A DNA stretch of 60,911 nucleotides, the filler included. It is 9 parts of 9 records of this genome, joined end to end, with 100 filler letters (N's around TTAATTAATTAA, not from the genome) between each part and the next. Parts side by side here need not be neighbours in the genome. Positions count along the whole stretch, not along the records: positions 9,138 to 14,570 come from SRR31156797_59121; positions 14,671 to 22,232 come from SRR31156797_59143; 7 more parts are not named here. One strand, given 5' to 3'. Within the stretch, counting starts at the first letter, position 1. Each line of letters begins with the position of its first letter. Under the pieces are notes generated by a model. The model made no database searches, had not been told where the DNA came from, and saw only the letters and a list, made by a program, of their open reading frames with translations. Of this stretch, positions 9,234 to 18,208 are shown one piece after another. The position numbers were made by a program, and so were the translations under genes.

Positions 9234-10913
9234 CTAACCAGTAATATAGACAACGCCCAAGTTGGCGTCGACTTTGATCTTCTGACCGGATTTGATCTTG
9301 GCGGTTCCCTCGAACACATTCATGACGACCGGGATGCCGTATTCCCTGCCCACGATTGCCGCGTGGGAAAGGCTGGCTCCACGATCCACAACAACGCCCT
9401 GGATCATGGAAAAGACCGGCGTCCAGCTCGGGGAGGTGCTGGCCGCTACCAGGATATCCCCTTCCTGAACAAGATGGAGTTCATCCTCGGTCATGATAAC
9501 ACGCGCGGTTCCTTCAGCCACACCAGGCGAACCGCAGGTGCCGTACAGGTCGGCTTTGAGTTCGGGCCGCACTTCCGGCATCGAGCCTACTACCACCTTG
9601 AGAGCGATTGGGTCCATGGATTGGACCAACACTCCCATGGCCTGGTCCATATCAAAGCCGTCAGCCAGAATAGCCGGCGGGTTTGGCTCTTTTTGCCATT
9701 CGAGCCATTCTTCCCTACGACGATTCACGATGTACCTGAGGTCGAACTGGTCCGGGTTGATGCCCGCGCGCCGGATCTCGTCAGGGATCAGGAAAAAGAT
9801 ATCCTCATGATGGTCCAGGGCCCCATTCTCAACGAACCGGCGACCCAGGCCGAGGGCGCTGCGCCGCATCATGGCGTGGGTGTACAGGTCCAGGTAGTGA
9901 TCGTGCTCCTCGCTGAAAATGCCGCTTTTCTGGGCCAGCCTTAAAAGTTGTTCGAACCAGGCTTGCTGGTCCTGGGGAACCTTGGCCAGAACCTCTTTTT
10001 CCGCCTCCTCCCTCTTCTGCGTAAGCCGGGACCTTTCGACGTCCAGGTTGAAATCTCCGCCCTTTTGCAGAAATTGCTTCACGCTGACCAGTGCGGGCGT
10101 GGGATCCTCAACCCAGGTGGGCAGATTGATCTCGCTCATTCGCTGCATGCGCCAGCCGTCCTCATTCATGAAGTCCATAAAATCCTTCATGAAGGCCTGC
10201 CCGGCATCCGAAGCTTCAAGCGCAGCTTGAATATCACCGGCCTCGTTGTTAAGGAAAACGTCGGCCAGTCCTTCCTTGTCGGCCCGCTTCGAAAATTCCC
10301 AAATTTTACGATCCACCTGGAAGACCTTGTTGTCGAATCCGGAAACGAGGTTGTGGAACAAGGGCGACGTGTCGTCTATGTCGGCCAGCGAACGGCACAT
10401 GTTTTCAAATAGAATGTACGCCGTGTACGTGCCGTACATCATGTACATGTGTATTTCCCACATCCGGCGGCAGGTGTTGATTGTTTCCTCGAAGTTGTCC
10501 AGAAGCTCAATTCCTGTTGCAGTGTCCATATCCAATTCTTTCAGCTTCTCGTACCTAGCCAGGATTTCCTCTACAAAGCCGTTCCAGAGCCCTTCGTAAT
10601 CCTGTATAAAGGGCATGATGGCCTTGCGGAAACGCTCTTCGCGGCGTTGCTTTTCCTCCTCGGACTTGACCAGAAGCAGGGTCAGGTAGCCCCCGCCCTT
10701 GTGGAACCTCCAGTCCCAACCTTTAACCGTGGGCAGGCTCAATGTTTCCGCGCCGTATTGCATTCCATGGCGGCAGAAATTGATCCAGAACCAACCGAAC
10801 ATTGGCGTCCATGGCGGCACGGAATGGGTGCCGTCCAGGAACCAGGCCGGTGATTGGGCCAGGTCCCTTTCGGGATCGAACTCCAGCCCGGGAACCACAT
10901 CATAAACTTTCAT
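9234..10913 (-). CDS. PEP-utilizing phospho-His enzyme, phenylphosphate synthase alpha (PpsA)-like
   Basis: C-terminal mobile domain (SPGVAEGTARVI, TSPSWTP, SHAAIVGREYGIP) and WFLDGTH N-terminal motif; no ATP-grasp domain; AAGGAGGAGG RBS. Confidence 0.85.
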   Translation of the reverse strand: MKVYDVVPGLEFDPERDLAQSPAWFLDGTHSVPPWTPMFGWFWINFCRHGMQYGAETLSLPTVKGWDWRFHKGGGYLTLLLVKSEEEKQRREERFRKAIMPFIQDYEGLWNGFVEEILARYEKLKELDMDTATGIELLDNFEETINTCRRMWEIHMYMMYGTYTAYILFENMCRSLADIDDTSPLFHNLVSGFDNKVFQVDRKIWEFSKRADKEGLADVFLNNEAGDIQAALEASDAGQAFMKDFMDFMNEDGWRMQRMSEINLPTWVEDPTPALVSVKQFLQKGGDFNLDVERSRLTQKREEAEKEVLAKVPQDQQAWFEQLLRLAQKSGIFSEEHDHYLDLYTHAMMRRSALGLGRRFVENGALDHHEDIFFLIPDEIRRAGINPDQFDLRYIVNRRREEWLEWQKEPNPPAILADGFDMDQAMGVLVQSMDPIALKVVVGSMPEVRPELKADLYGTCGSPGVAEGTARVIMTEDELHLVQEGDILVAASTSPSWTPVFSMIQGVVVDRGASLSHAAIVGREYGIPVVMNVFEGTAKIKSGQKIKVDANLGVVYITG

Positions 10914-11059
10914 TTTCCTCCTCCTTCCCCGTAAATGGCGGATAGGCAGCGGGCGACCATCCGATCAAACGGCCTCCCATTTTTGATAAAAACCCCTATT
11001 ATCGATACGCCTTGATCCGATCCTGTCGGGCCGGACGAATTTTCGCCCCGCAAAACCGA

Positions 11060-12886
11060 TTACTCCTGATCTTCCGCCTCATCGAGCCTCAAGTTCCTTA
11101 TTGTTCCTGGTTCCGGGATGCCATTAGAATCGTATCCCAAGGCCTTGTAATACTCGTCCAGTAAGCCGTCAAGGTTTTCCACAACGCAGCCTTCAGCCGG
11201 TCCTGCGTTTTTCAATGGTTCGGAAGTCAGGCGTTCAGGGAGGGCGTCATCCGCGCGGGTAAAACCTTCCCGAACGTTGAAAAGACGTTCCAGGCACATG
11301 ATCCGCTCCCCGATCCTTAGCATCTCGTCCGGCCCGTCAAAGCCTTCGATCCCCGTCCCGGCGGTAACGGCCTCGGCATAGAACGACATATCCAAGCCGG
11401 TATTGGAAAAGGTACAGGCCACCAGGCTGTCTTCCACGGCCTGCTCCTTTTGTACTTCCGCCACGGCGGCGCCTTTGTTCGTTTCCGAGTACGGGTCCAC
11501 CTTGCCGGACAGTTCGTCTCTTGGACGACCGTACATATGGCTTCCGCCTATGTTACTGACAGCCATGCTCAGGGCGTACCCTTTGACTCCCCGGGGGTCG
11601 TATCCCGGCAGCTCCAGCCCCTTGATATGCATGGCCATGCGTCCAGCCCCTCGCCCGATTCGTTCGGCTGCGATTTTTACGCCTTCCCCGAGCAGTTCGC
11701 CCGCGCCTTCCCGACGGCCGATTTTATCGATCAGGGAGAACGCGGCGTCGACGTCGCCCCATACCGGTTCTATTCCATCGAGATCTCCGGCGGAAAAAAT
11801 TCCCTTTTCGAACAGCTCGAAAGCGAAGGCCAGGCAGACGCCGGTACTGATGGCGTCAAGACCGTGGTAGTCACAGAGTGCATTGGCATCCACCACGAAT
11901 TGAGGATCGGAGATTCCTAAAAGCGGCCCAAAGGAGTAGATGGATTCATACTCCGGGCCGTCGATTTCGGATCCGCCAAACGGCCCGCGCCCCACCTCGC
12001 GCAAACCGCCGCAACGGGTCATGCAGCCGAAACACCCGGTCCTGGCTTTCTTGAGCTTCAGAAATTCCTCCCCGGCTATTTTTTCAATGCCCGCCAAACG
12101 ACCTTCCTGGAAATTTTTTACCGGCAGTATACCCAGCCCGTCGACCACGGTGGTGATGTAGGGCGTTCCCAAAGTGTTCATGTTTTTCCGGCGTGGATGG
12201 TCCCGGAGTATTCCAACCTGGCGCCGAATCAGGTCCTTGAACTGTTCCGGGCGGGCGGGCCGGGGGGAGGCCACCATTGTATCGATGGAGACGGCCTTGA
12301 GATTCTTGGATCCCATGACCGTGCCCATGCCGCCCCGGGAAGCGGTTCTCTCCCCCGAAGTGATCACGGCGTACCTCACGCCCTTTTCGCCGGCCGGTCC
12401 GATACAAGCCGAAGCTGTCCGGGGGCCGTGGCTGCTTTTGAGCGCCTCTTGCAGGCGCCTGTGATCCAGGCCCCACAAGTCCCGGGCGTCCAGGAAACGC
12501 ACCCCCGACTCGTCCACATGCACGTATACGGGTTGATCGGCCCGCCCCTCAATAATCATCAGGTCGTACCCGGCGTACTTCATCCAAACGCCGAAATCGC
12601 CCCCGGCAAAAGAGCGGAAAATGGACCCGGTCAGCGGGCTCTTGGACATGGCGGCCCACTTGGAAAATCCTTGCATTCCCGTGCCGCCCAAAGCGCCGGT
12701 CAGGAAAATTAATTTGTTTTCCGGACCCAGCGGATCCAAACCCGGGGCAAGCTCGTCGTATAAAAATTTCGCCCCAAGACCGCGCGCCGACAGGAACCGC
12801 CGGTAACTATCGGCAGGCACATCCTCCACCGCAGCGGACCGTCGCCCCAGATCTATCCTCAGGGCCCGGCCCGTAAGAATGCTCAT
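11060..12886 (-). CDS. aor: Aldehyde:ferredoxin oxidoreductase (AOR family)
   Basis: KSPLTG, IGPAGE, GMGTVMGSKNLKA, CFGCMTRC, GPEYES, GYDPRG, DSLVAC. Confidence 0.92.
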   Translation of the reverse strand: MSILTGRALRIDLGRRSAAVEDVPADSYRRFLSARGLGAKFLYDELAPGLDPLGPENKLIFLTGALGGTGMQGFSKWAAMSKSPLTGSIFRSFAGGDFGVWMKYAGYDLMIIEGRADQPVYVHVDESGVRFLDARDLWGLDHRRLQEALKSSHGPRTASACIGPAGEKGVRYAVITSGERTASRGGMGTVMGSKNLKAVSIDTMVASPRPARPEQFKDLIRRQVGILRDHPRRKNMNTLGTPYITTVVDGLGILPVKNFQEGRLAGIEKIAGEEFLKLKKARTGCFGCMTRCGGLREVGRGPFGGSEIDGPEYESIYSFGPLLGISDPQFVVDANALCDYHGLDAISTGVCLAFAFELFEKGIFSAGDLDGIEPVWGDVDAAFSLIDKIGRREGAGELLGEGVKIAAERIGRGAGRMAMHIKGLELPGYDPRGVKGYALSMAVSNIGGSHMYGRPRDELSGKVDPYSETNKGAAVAEVQKEQAVEDSLVACTFSNTGLDMSFYAEAVTAGTGIEGFDGPDEMLRIGERIMCLERLFNVREGFTRADDALPERLTSEPLKNAGPAEGCVVENLDGLLDEYYKALGYDSNGIPEPGTIRNLRLDEAEDQE

Positions 12887-13518
12887 GGCTTGCCTCCGCC
12901 ACCGATGTGTCCGGATGGCGCCAAGGCCTTACAGCCGTATCCGGAGACAAGGCGTAAAAGCTTGAGCGTCGCCCTCTGGTAGACTTCGCTTTCCAGCATT
13001 CGCCCCAGGCTTTCCGGATCGCCGGTTCGGGCTTCGATGATTACGTTGGGTGTGGCGCCTATGGCTACTGACCAAACCCCGACGATTTCCAGCCCGAAGC
13101 GCTCGAGAGTGGGGATGTGCTCGCTTTGAGAAAAAGCAAGGTATTCGTAATAGTCCGCCGAGTTCACATTGAAGTGTTGTGTGAATTTAAATCCTCGCTC
13201 CACTTCGACCACAGACGGTTCAATTTCACCGAAAGGCGCCAACAGTTTGGTTGCGTAATCACAAACCATAGCCTTCAGGCTGCGTCGTAACTCCAGAAAG
13301 AAGGCGCCGCCGATCAGGGACTCCACCCGGGCCAGGGAATCCGCTGTCCCCTCGGCGATGAACGAGGGGCCTTCCCCTGAAGCCACGGACCAGGACCCGA
13401 CCATCCTCATCAGGCCGGACTCGTTAATTTCAGGCACAAATCGTCCGGTGAAAAAGTCGTCGAATGCGTCACGGCTTGCTTCTTTCACGTTCCAATACTG
13501 GAGAAACTTGACCGACAT
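12883..13518 (-). CDS. Hypothetical protein with two NIPSNAP-like (dimeric alpha-beta barrel) repeats
   Basis: Internal duplication (KFLQYWNV...GSWSVASGEGP / KFTQHFNV...GVWSVAIGATP); paralog of the next gene; 4-bp overlap with aor. Confidence 0.7.
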   Translation of the reverse strand: MSVKFLQYWNVKEASRDAFDDFFTGRFVPEINESGLMRMVGSWSVASGEGPSFIAEGTADSLARVESLIGGAFFLELRRSLKAMVCDYATKLLAPFGEIEPSVVEVERGFKFTQHFNVNSADYYEYLAFSQSEHIPTLERFGLEIVGVWSVAIGATPNVIIEARTGDPESLGRMLESEVYQRATLKLLRLVSGYGCKALAPSGHIGGGGKP

Positions 13519-13524
13519 ATCGCC

Positions 13525-14142
13525 TCAGTCCTCAACCAAAGCAGGGGAAAGAATTTTACTGCCGAAACCACTGACCAGAGTAAACATCTCACGTATCATC
13601 CCCTGGTACTCCGGGCTTGCAATGTTTCTCATAATCCGGGCGATGCCGTCGGAAGCGCCCTCAATAACAAAACCCGGACCCGGGCCCACCGCCTCCTCCC
13701 AGGCGCCGATGACATCTATTCCTGCGTCTTTCATAAGAGGAAGATAAGTTTCGCTGAAAAAACGTTCAAATTCATCACGGGCGTCGGCGCCAACTTCAAA
13801 GTGGTGATTAAATCTGAAATGTCGTCCTTGGGGCCGGCGAGCTTCGACGAGTCCGCTTTGAAGGAGCATTTTGGACTTGTAATTGGTGACCAGGAAATGA
13901 AGCAGCCGGTTAAGCTTAACAAAGTCGTCCAACTCGAGCAGACGGTGGACTCGGCCGACGGATTCGGCAGCGCTTTCGAAAATGCAATACGGTCCTTCAC
14001 CGCAGGCCACATACCAGGCCCCTATCGGCTGCACCAATCCGATATCCCGAAGCGTCGGGAAGTAGCTTTCCAGGGAGAAACTCCGGAATTCCTCCTCCTG
14101 TCCGGAAACCACGTCGAAATATTGGATAAATTTGACCGTCAT
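13525..14142 (-). CDS. Hypothetical protein with two NIPSNAP-like repeats (paralog)
   Basis: KFIQYFDV...GAWYVACGEGP / RFNHHFEV...GAWEEAVGPGP. Confidence 0.7.
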   Translation of the reverse strand: MTVKFIQYFDVVSGQEEEFRSFSLESYFPTLRDIGLVQPIGAWYVACGEGPYCIFESAAESVGRVHRLLELDDFVKLNRLLHFLVTNYKSKMLLQSGLVEARRPQGRHFRFNHHFEVGADARDEFERFFSETYLPLMKDAGIDVIGAWEEAVGPGPGFVIEGASDGIARIMRNIASPEYQGMIREMFTLVSGFGSKILSPALVED

Positions 14143-14164
14143 ATCCCTACCTTGCTCGCCTTCG

Positions 14165-14570
14165 TTAATGCATGGCCCGGCCTCCGTCCACCAGCAGGGT
14201 CTGCCCGGTGATAAAATCGCTTTCTCCGGAGACTAAAAACACGGCCGCCCCTGTCAAGTCGTCAGGGCGCTCAAGTCTTCCAAGCGGAGTTTTCGAGGTA
14301 TCGTATTTACTGACGTCGGCCAGGTTGCGGCTGGCTTCCGTGTCCGTGAATCCCGGCGCCAGACAATTCACGCAGATGTTGTGTGATCCCAACTCAACGG
14401 CCAGGGCGCGGGTGAGGCCGATGATTCCGCCTTTGGAAGCCACGTAGTGCACAAATCCGTGGGAACCGGTAAAAAAAACTTCCGAGGCCAGGTTAAGAAT
14501 CTTCCCGCCGCCCTGTTTTTGCATTGTCGGGAAGACGGCCCGGGAGGCCAGAAAAGCGCCTTTTACATTC
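14165..14570 (-). CDS. SDR family oxidoreductase, 5'-truncated
   Basis: YVASKGG catalytic YxxxK, NCLAPG, FITGQTLLVDGG. Confidence 0.92.
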
Positions 14571-14670
14571 NNNNNNNNNNNNNNNNNNNNNNNNNNNNNN
14601 NNNNNNNNNNNNNNTTAATTAATTAANNNNNNNNNNNNNNNNNNNNNNNNNNNNNNNNNNNNNNNNNNNN
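14571..14670. other. Artificial contig spacer
   Basis: N44-TTAATTAATTAA-N44. Confidence 0.99.
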
Positions 14671-14907
14671 AGCCTCTTCAATGCTGACCAATGCGTGGGT
14701 GTACCATAGTGCGCCGTCGGGATCCAGAACATGGAACTTTTCTATGAATAGTTTGAAAACCTCGGTGGGCGAAGCCAAAAGAGTTGAAGGGACAATCTGG
14801 AACTTAACGGCCGCCTCCCAGACAACCAAAAATGTAATAATACTCAGGTACGGATAAATCTTCTGGCCAAGTTGGCTTTTGGTTTTTCCGGGATTGGACG
14901 CTTCCAT
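14671..14907 (-). CDS. ABC transporter permease (SsuC/TauC-like), 3'-truncated
   Basis: FLVVWEAAV...LLASPTEV...LWYTHALVS N-terminus; follows the binding protein; GAGGTG RBS. Confidence 0.85.
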
Positions 14908-14971
14908 CTTAACTCACCTCGTCTTGGTCGCTGTAGGGTGCTTTCGTCTTTTAAATAAACGGATTTCGTTT

Positions 14972-15003
14972 AAATATCAGGCGGGCCGCCCCGCCTGATA
15001 TTT
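14972..15003 (-). terminator. Strong hairpin between binding-protein and permease genes
   Basis: AAATATCAGGCGGG-CCGC-CCCGCCTGATATTT, a perfect 14-bp stem. Confidence 0.7.
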
Positions 15004-15009
15004 CATTCC

Positions 15010-16077
15010 CTATTTGAAATTCTTACCTATCATGTTCAGGTATTTATCGGTCAGGTAGGGAGTTTTGATTGCTTTCTCAGCTTCTTCGGGTTTGATTTTA
15101 CCAACATTTACAAAAAAGTTGGTCAGGTCCTTCTGCCATTGGAAAGCCTTGCTTTCAAACGGAGATCCTTTAAAAGCGTCCAACTGGCCCTGGTAGTTTA
15201 CAAACGGCCTGGCTTTGAGTTCCCTGAGGCAGAGTTCCTCGGAAACTTCATAGCCGCACCATTCCAGGTAAAATCTCTGGACTTCCTTGGCGAATTTTTC
15301 GGGATTCTTGTTTATCAGCTCCTGGCCCTTTATCTGTAAGGTCAGGAATTTAAGGAGTTGTTCCTGGTGCTCTTTCGCAAAATCGTCCCTGGCGATAAGA
15401 ACCTGCATAATGGGGGCCTTGGTCGTCTTTAATGTGCCCACTTCCACGGCGCCCTTGTCCTCGGCATAGAATTGGTGCGGCGCCCACAGGGCCAGAAAAT
15501 CGCCGACGCCGGTTTCAAAAGCAGCCACGGCCTGGGACTGGCTCATGTTTTTGACAACTACATCCTTATCGGTCAGGCCGAAAACCTTTAAATAGTTGCT
15601 CATGGCATAGTGGGCCGAAGTAATCATGGTCGTTAAAAACGTCTTGCCTTTTACGCTTTCCGGCGTGCCCAAAACATCGGGATAGTCCTTGTTCCAACCC
15701 TTGGTCTTTGTAGCCGCGCTGTCTTTTCTAGCCAGAACGCCTTCCGCCAGGTCGTCCATGTAGGTAATACCCACAACCTTGGTGTTATAACGAATGGCGC
15801 CCCAAATTGCCGGAACTGCGCCAATATTCCCGGCATCCCAGGTTTTGGATGGAATTGCTTCCAACATGGCCGGGCCCGAGTCAAAGAGTATCATTTCAAT
15901 ATCCAGACCCATTTTCTTGTCCCAGCCCATTTCCTTGTAATACCATGGCACAAATGCTTCCAGCGAAGCAAACCAACAGGTTTTAATTTTAAATGGCTTT
16001 TCGGCTGCCATGCCGAACGTCGGCGTCAAAAAAATCACTGCGAGTAAACATACAATTATTTTTGTTATCCTGGACAT
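15010..16077 (-). CDS. ABC substrate-binding protein (SsuA/TauA/NMT1-like)
   Basis: Signal peptide from ATG 16077 (MSRITKIIVCLLAVIFL); FDSGPAMLEA, IGAVPA, ALWAP motifs. Confidence 0.87.
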   Translation of the reverse strand: MSRITKIIVCLLAVIFLTPTFGMAAEKPFKIKTCWFASLEAFVPWYYKEMGWDKKMGLDIEMILFDSGPAMLEAIPSKTWDAGNIGAVPAIWGAIRYNTKVVGITYMDDLAEGVLARKDSAATKTKGWNKDYPDVLGTPESVKGKTFLTTMITSAHYAMSNYLKVFGLTDKDVVVKNMSQSQAVAAFETGVGDFLALWAPHQFYAEDKGAVEVGTLKTTKAPIMQVLIARDDFAKEHQEQLLKFLTLQIKGQELINKNPEKFAKEVQRFYLEWCGYEVSEELCLRELKARPFVNYQGQLDAFKGSPFESKAFQWQKDLTNFFVNVGKIKPEEAEKAIKTPYLTDKYLNMIGKNFK

Positions 16078-16475
16078 GTTCCCATCCTTTCCTTGCGGCC
16101 GGTATCCGCTCCTCATTGATGCTGTTGAAGGTTTATAATTTCGGAAATCCATCCCTAAAGCGCCTGTTGAAACTTTCCGCGTATCCGTGCGGCGGGGCCG
16201 GCCGGCTATATGTGAAATGTTTCAAAGCTTAGGTTGTCAAGCCTATTCCTGACCTTTATCAATAAGAACTCGGAGCCCTTGTCCGAGAGGATGCAGTTAA
16301 ATAAGCTGCATCAGACAATCATTGGATTCAACAGGGACAGGATCTGGAAGTTGATAATCAAACTGTTGAATCCGGGACAATTCCTTTTTTTTCTGCCGGT
16401 CGATCAAGCCAGATTGCTGTGATTTCTTTAATGCACCCCGTCGCTATTTTTCCAAATCCTCGGGGCGCAATGCAG

Positions 16476-17306
16476 CTAGGCTCTTATCCTCTGCTTTTGC
16501 AGTTCGTTGTACCAGTCAATCTCTTTTTGTCTTTCTTCCGGAGTGGGAAGGCTGGGCTTGATCCAGGATGAGACCTGGGCCACCCTGTACCCTAATCGCC
16601 TGGCGTATTCCATGCCGATCCAGTCTTTTTCCATCCAGTTTGTCTTGCCGACTTTTCTAGCATTCCAGACTCCCGGATAATGAGCAACTCCGCCGATATA
16701 AGGGGCCAGGTCCGGAACAAAGGATTTGTAATATTCATCGTTTTCATACCTGGCCTGAAACTCTTCGATTTCCTGTCTATCCGCTGCATGGAAACTGACC
16801 GGGATCATGCCGGATATTCTCATCCATTGCTCGCAATCCACGACCGTCATTTCCTGGCCGCCATGCCGACCGTGGGCAACAGCAATGGCGCCGCCGACCT
16901 TGTTTCTCAGTCCCCAGAATCTTCTCATCTTCAACCAGCAGGTCCGGTCAAAAACAGCCTTGAGCTGCGCGGTTACTCCACCGAAATGAACCGGAGTGCT
17001 GATGAGGATTCCATCGGCCCTTAGCATTTTTTCGTAAATCTCATTGGTCAGATCGTCATTATGAAAACACCTTTTAAAACCGCAATGGACGCCTGGATTC
17101 TCACCTTTGGGATCTGTACAGGCGTTACAGGGCTTTATATCTTTTTCAGCGAGATATATAATCTCGGTCTCAACATTGACCTTCTCGTTTGCAAATGATT
17201 TGGCGCCTTCCATGGCTTTTTCAGTAACCACGGCCGAACTTGAATTTTCTCTAGGCTGCGGGCTGGCGGACAACCCAAGGATAAAGATGTCTAATTTGTC
17301 TTCCAT
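16476..17306 (-). CDS. Flavodoxin-fold FMN protein, iron-sulfur flavoprotein (Isf)-like
   Basis: LSASP, four-Cys segment, ADGILISTPVHFG, LKAVFDR, NKVGGAIAVAHGRHGGQE. Confidence 0.8.
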   Translation of the reverse strand: MEDKLDIFILGLSASPQPRENSSSAVVTEKAMEGAKSFANEKVNVETEIIYLAEKDIKPCNACTDPKGENPGVHCGFKRCFHNDDLTNEIYEKMLRADGILISTPVHFGGVTAQLKAVFDRTCWLKMRRFWGLRNKVGGAIAVAHGRHGGQEMTVVDCEQWMRISGMIPVSFHAADRQEIEEFQARYENDEYYKSFVPDLAPYIGGVAHYPGVWNARKVGKTNWMEKDWIGMEYARRLGYRVAQVSSWIKPSLPTPEERQKEIDWYNELQKQRIRA

Positions 17307-17326
17307 TTCTCTACTCCTAAAATTAT

Positions 17327-18208
17327 CTACAGATTTAAAAACGCTTTGGCATTCAGGCCTAAAATCTTTTCGATTTCAGCACCGCTTAATTGGGGCAGGT
17401 TTTGACTGTCCAAAATATTATTTATAGTGGTTTTAATCATGGGCGTGTAATCCGCCTGCTTCAAACACGGGTAATCCGTACCGTACATTATACGATCAAG
17501 CATCCCGAATTCCCTGGCCCGATGGAGATTCATAGCCAGGTCATTCGGCCTGACGCCCAGGGCGGCTATATCGGCATAAATGTTTTTATTGTTGCGCATC
17601 AGGCCCATTAGCTGATTTTCCCAGGGATAGGCCATATGGGCCGCGCAGATTTTCAAGTCCGGAAAATCCTTGGCCACATCGTCCAGATGGCCTGGATTGC
17701 CGCATTCAAACCTGGCCGGACCGAAACTTGTAGTGCCCATATGAAGCAAAACAGGAACGTTCCGCTCCACGCAAATCTGGTAAAAAGGGTACATTCGCTT
17801 ATCATTTGGAGCAAAATGACAATAGCTGGGATTGGATTTGAGCCCCTTAAACCCTAAGTCGTCCAAGGCGTGCTTAAAGTCATTGATTTTTTGCTGGCAT
17901 AAAAACCCGTGTTCATCAAAAGGCTGGACGCCGGCGAATCCAATGAACTTATCAGGGTAAGGCTTGACGTACTCATTATATATATAGTCCGAATCTATCC
18001 TGGTGCCGAAATTAAAAGCCGTTATATCCATGCCCAGGATAACCATCTTGTCGACGCCGGCCTCGGCCATGTCTTCAAGAATAGCGTCCCTTTTTATGGT
18101 CCACATTTCGTGGGGATCCTGACCGAAGGCGCCGCCGATTATCCGCGCGAACTTTTCCGAATAGTGAGTCAGGTACTCCCCGACGTGACCATGGATATCT
18201 ATGATCAT
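17327..18208 (-). CDS. Amidohydrolase family protein (Amidohydro_2)
   Basis: IIDIHGH, LLHMG, AHMAYPW, YGTDYP; 4-bp overlap with the Mo subunit gene. Confidence 0.9.
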   Translation of the reverse strand: MIIDIHGHVGEYLTHYSEKFARIIGGAFGQDPHEMWTIKRDAILEDMAEAGVDKMVILGMDITAFNFGTRIDSDYIYNEYVKPYPDKFIGFAGVQPFDEHGFLCQQKINDFKHALDDLGFKGLKSNPSYCHFAPNDKRMYPFYQICVERNVPVLLHMGTTSFGPARFECGNPGHLDDVAKDFPDLKICAAHMAYPWENQLMGLMRNNKNIYADIAALGVRPNDLAMNLHRAREFGMLDRIMYGTDYPCLKQADYTPMIKTTINNILDSQNLPQLSGAEIEKILGLNAKAFLNL

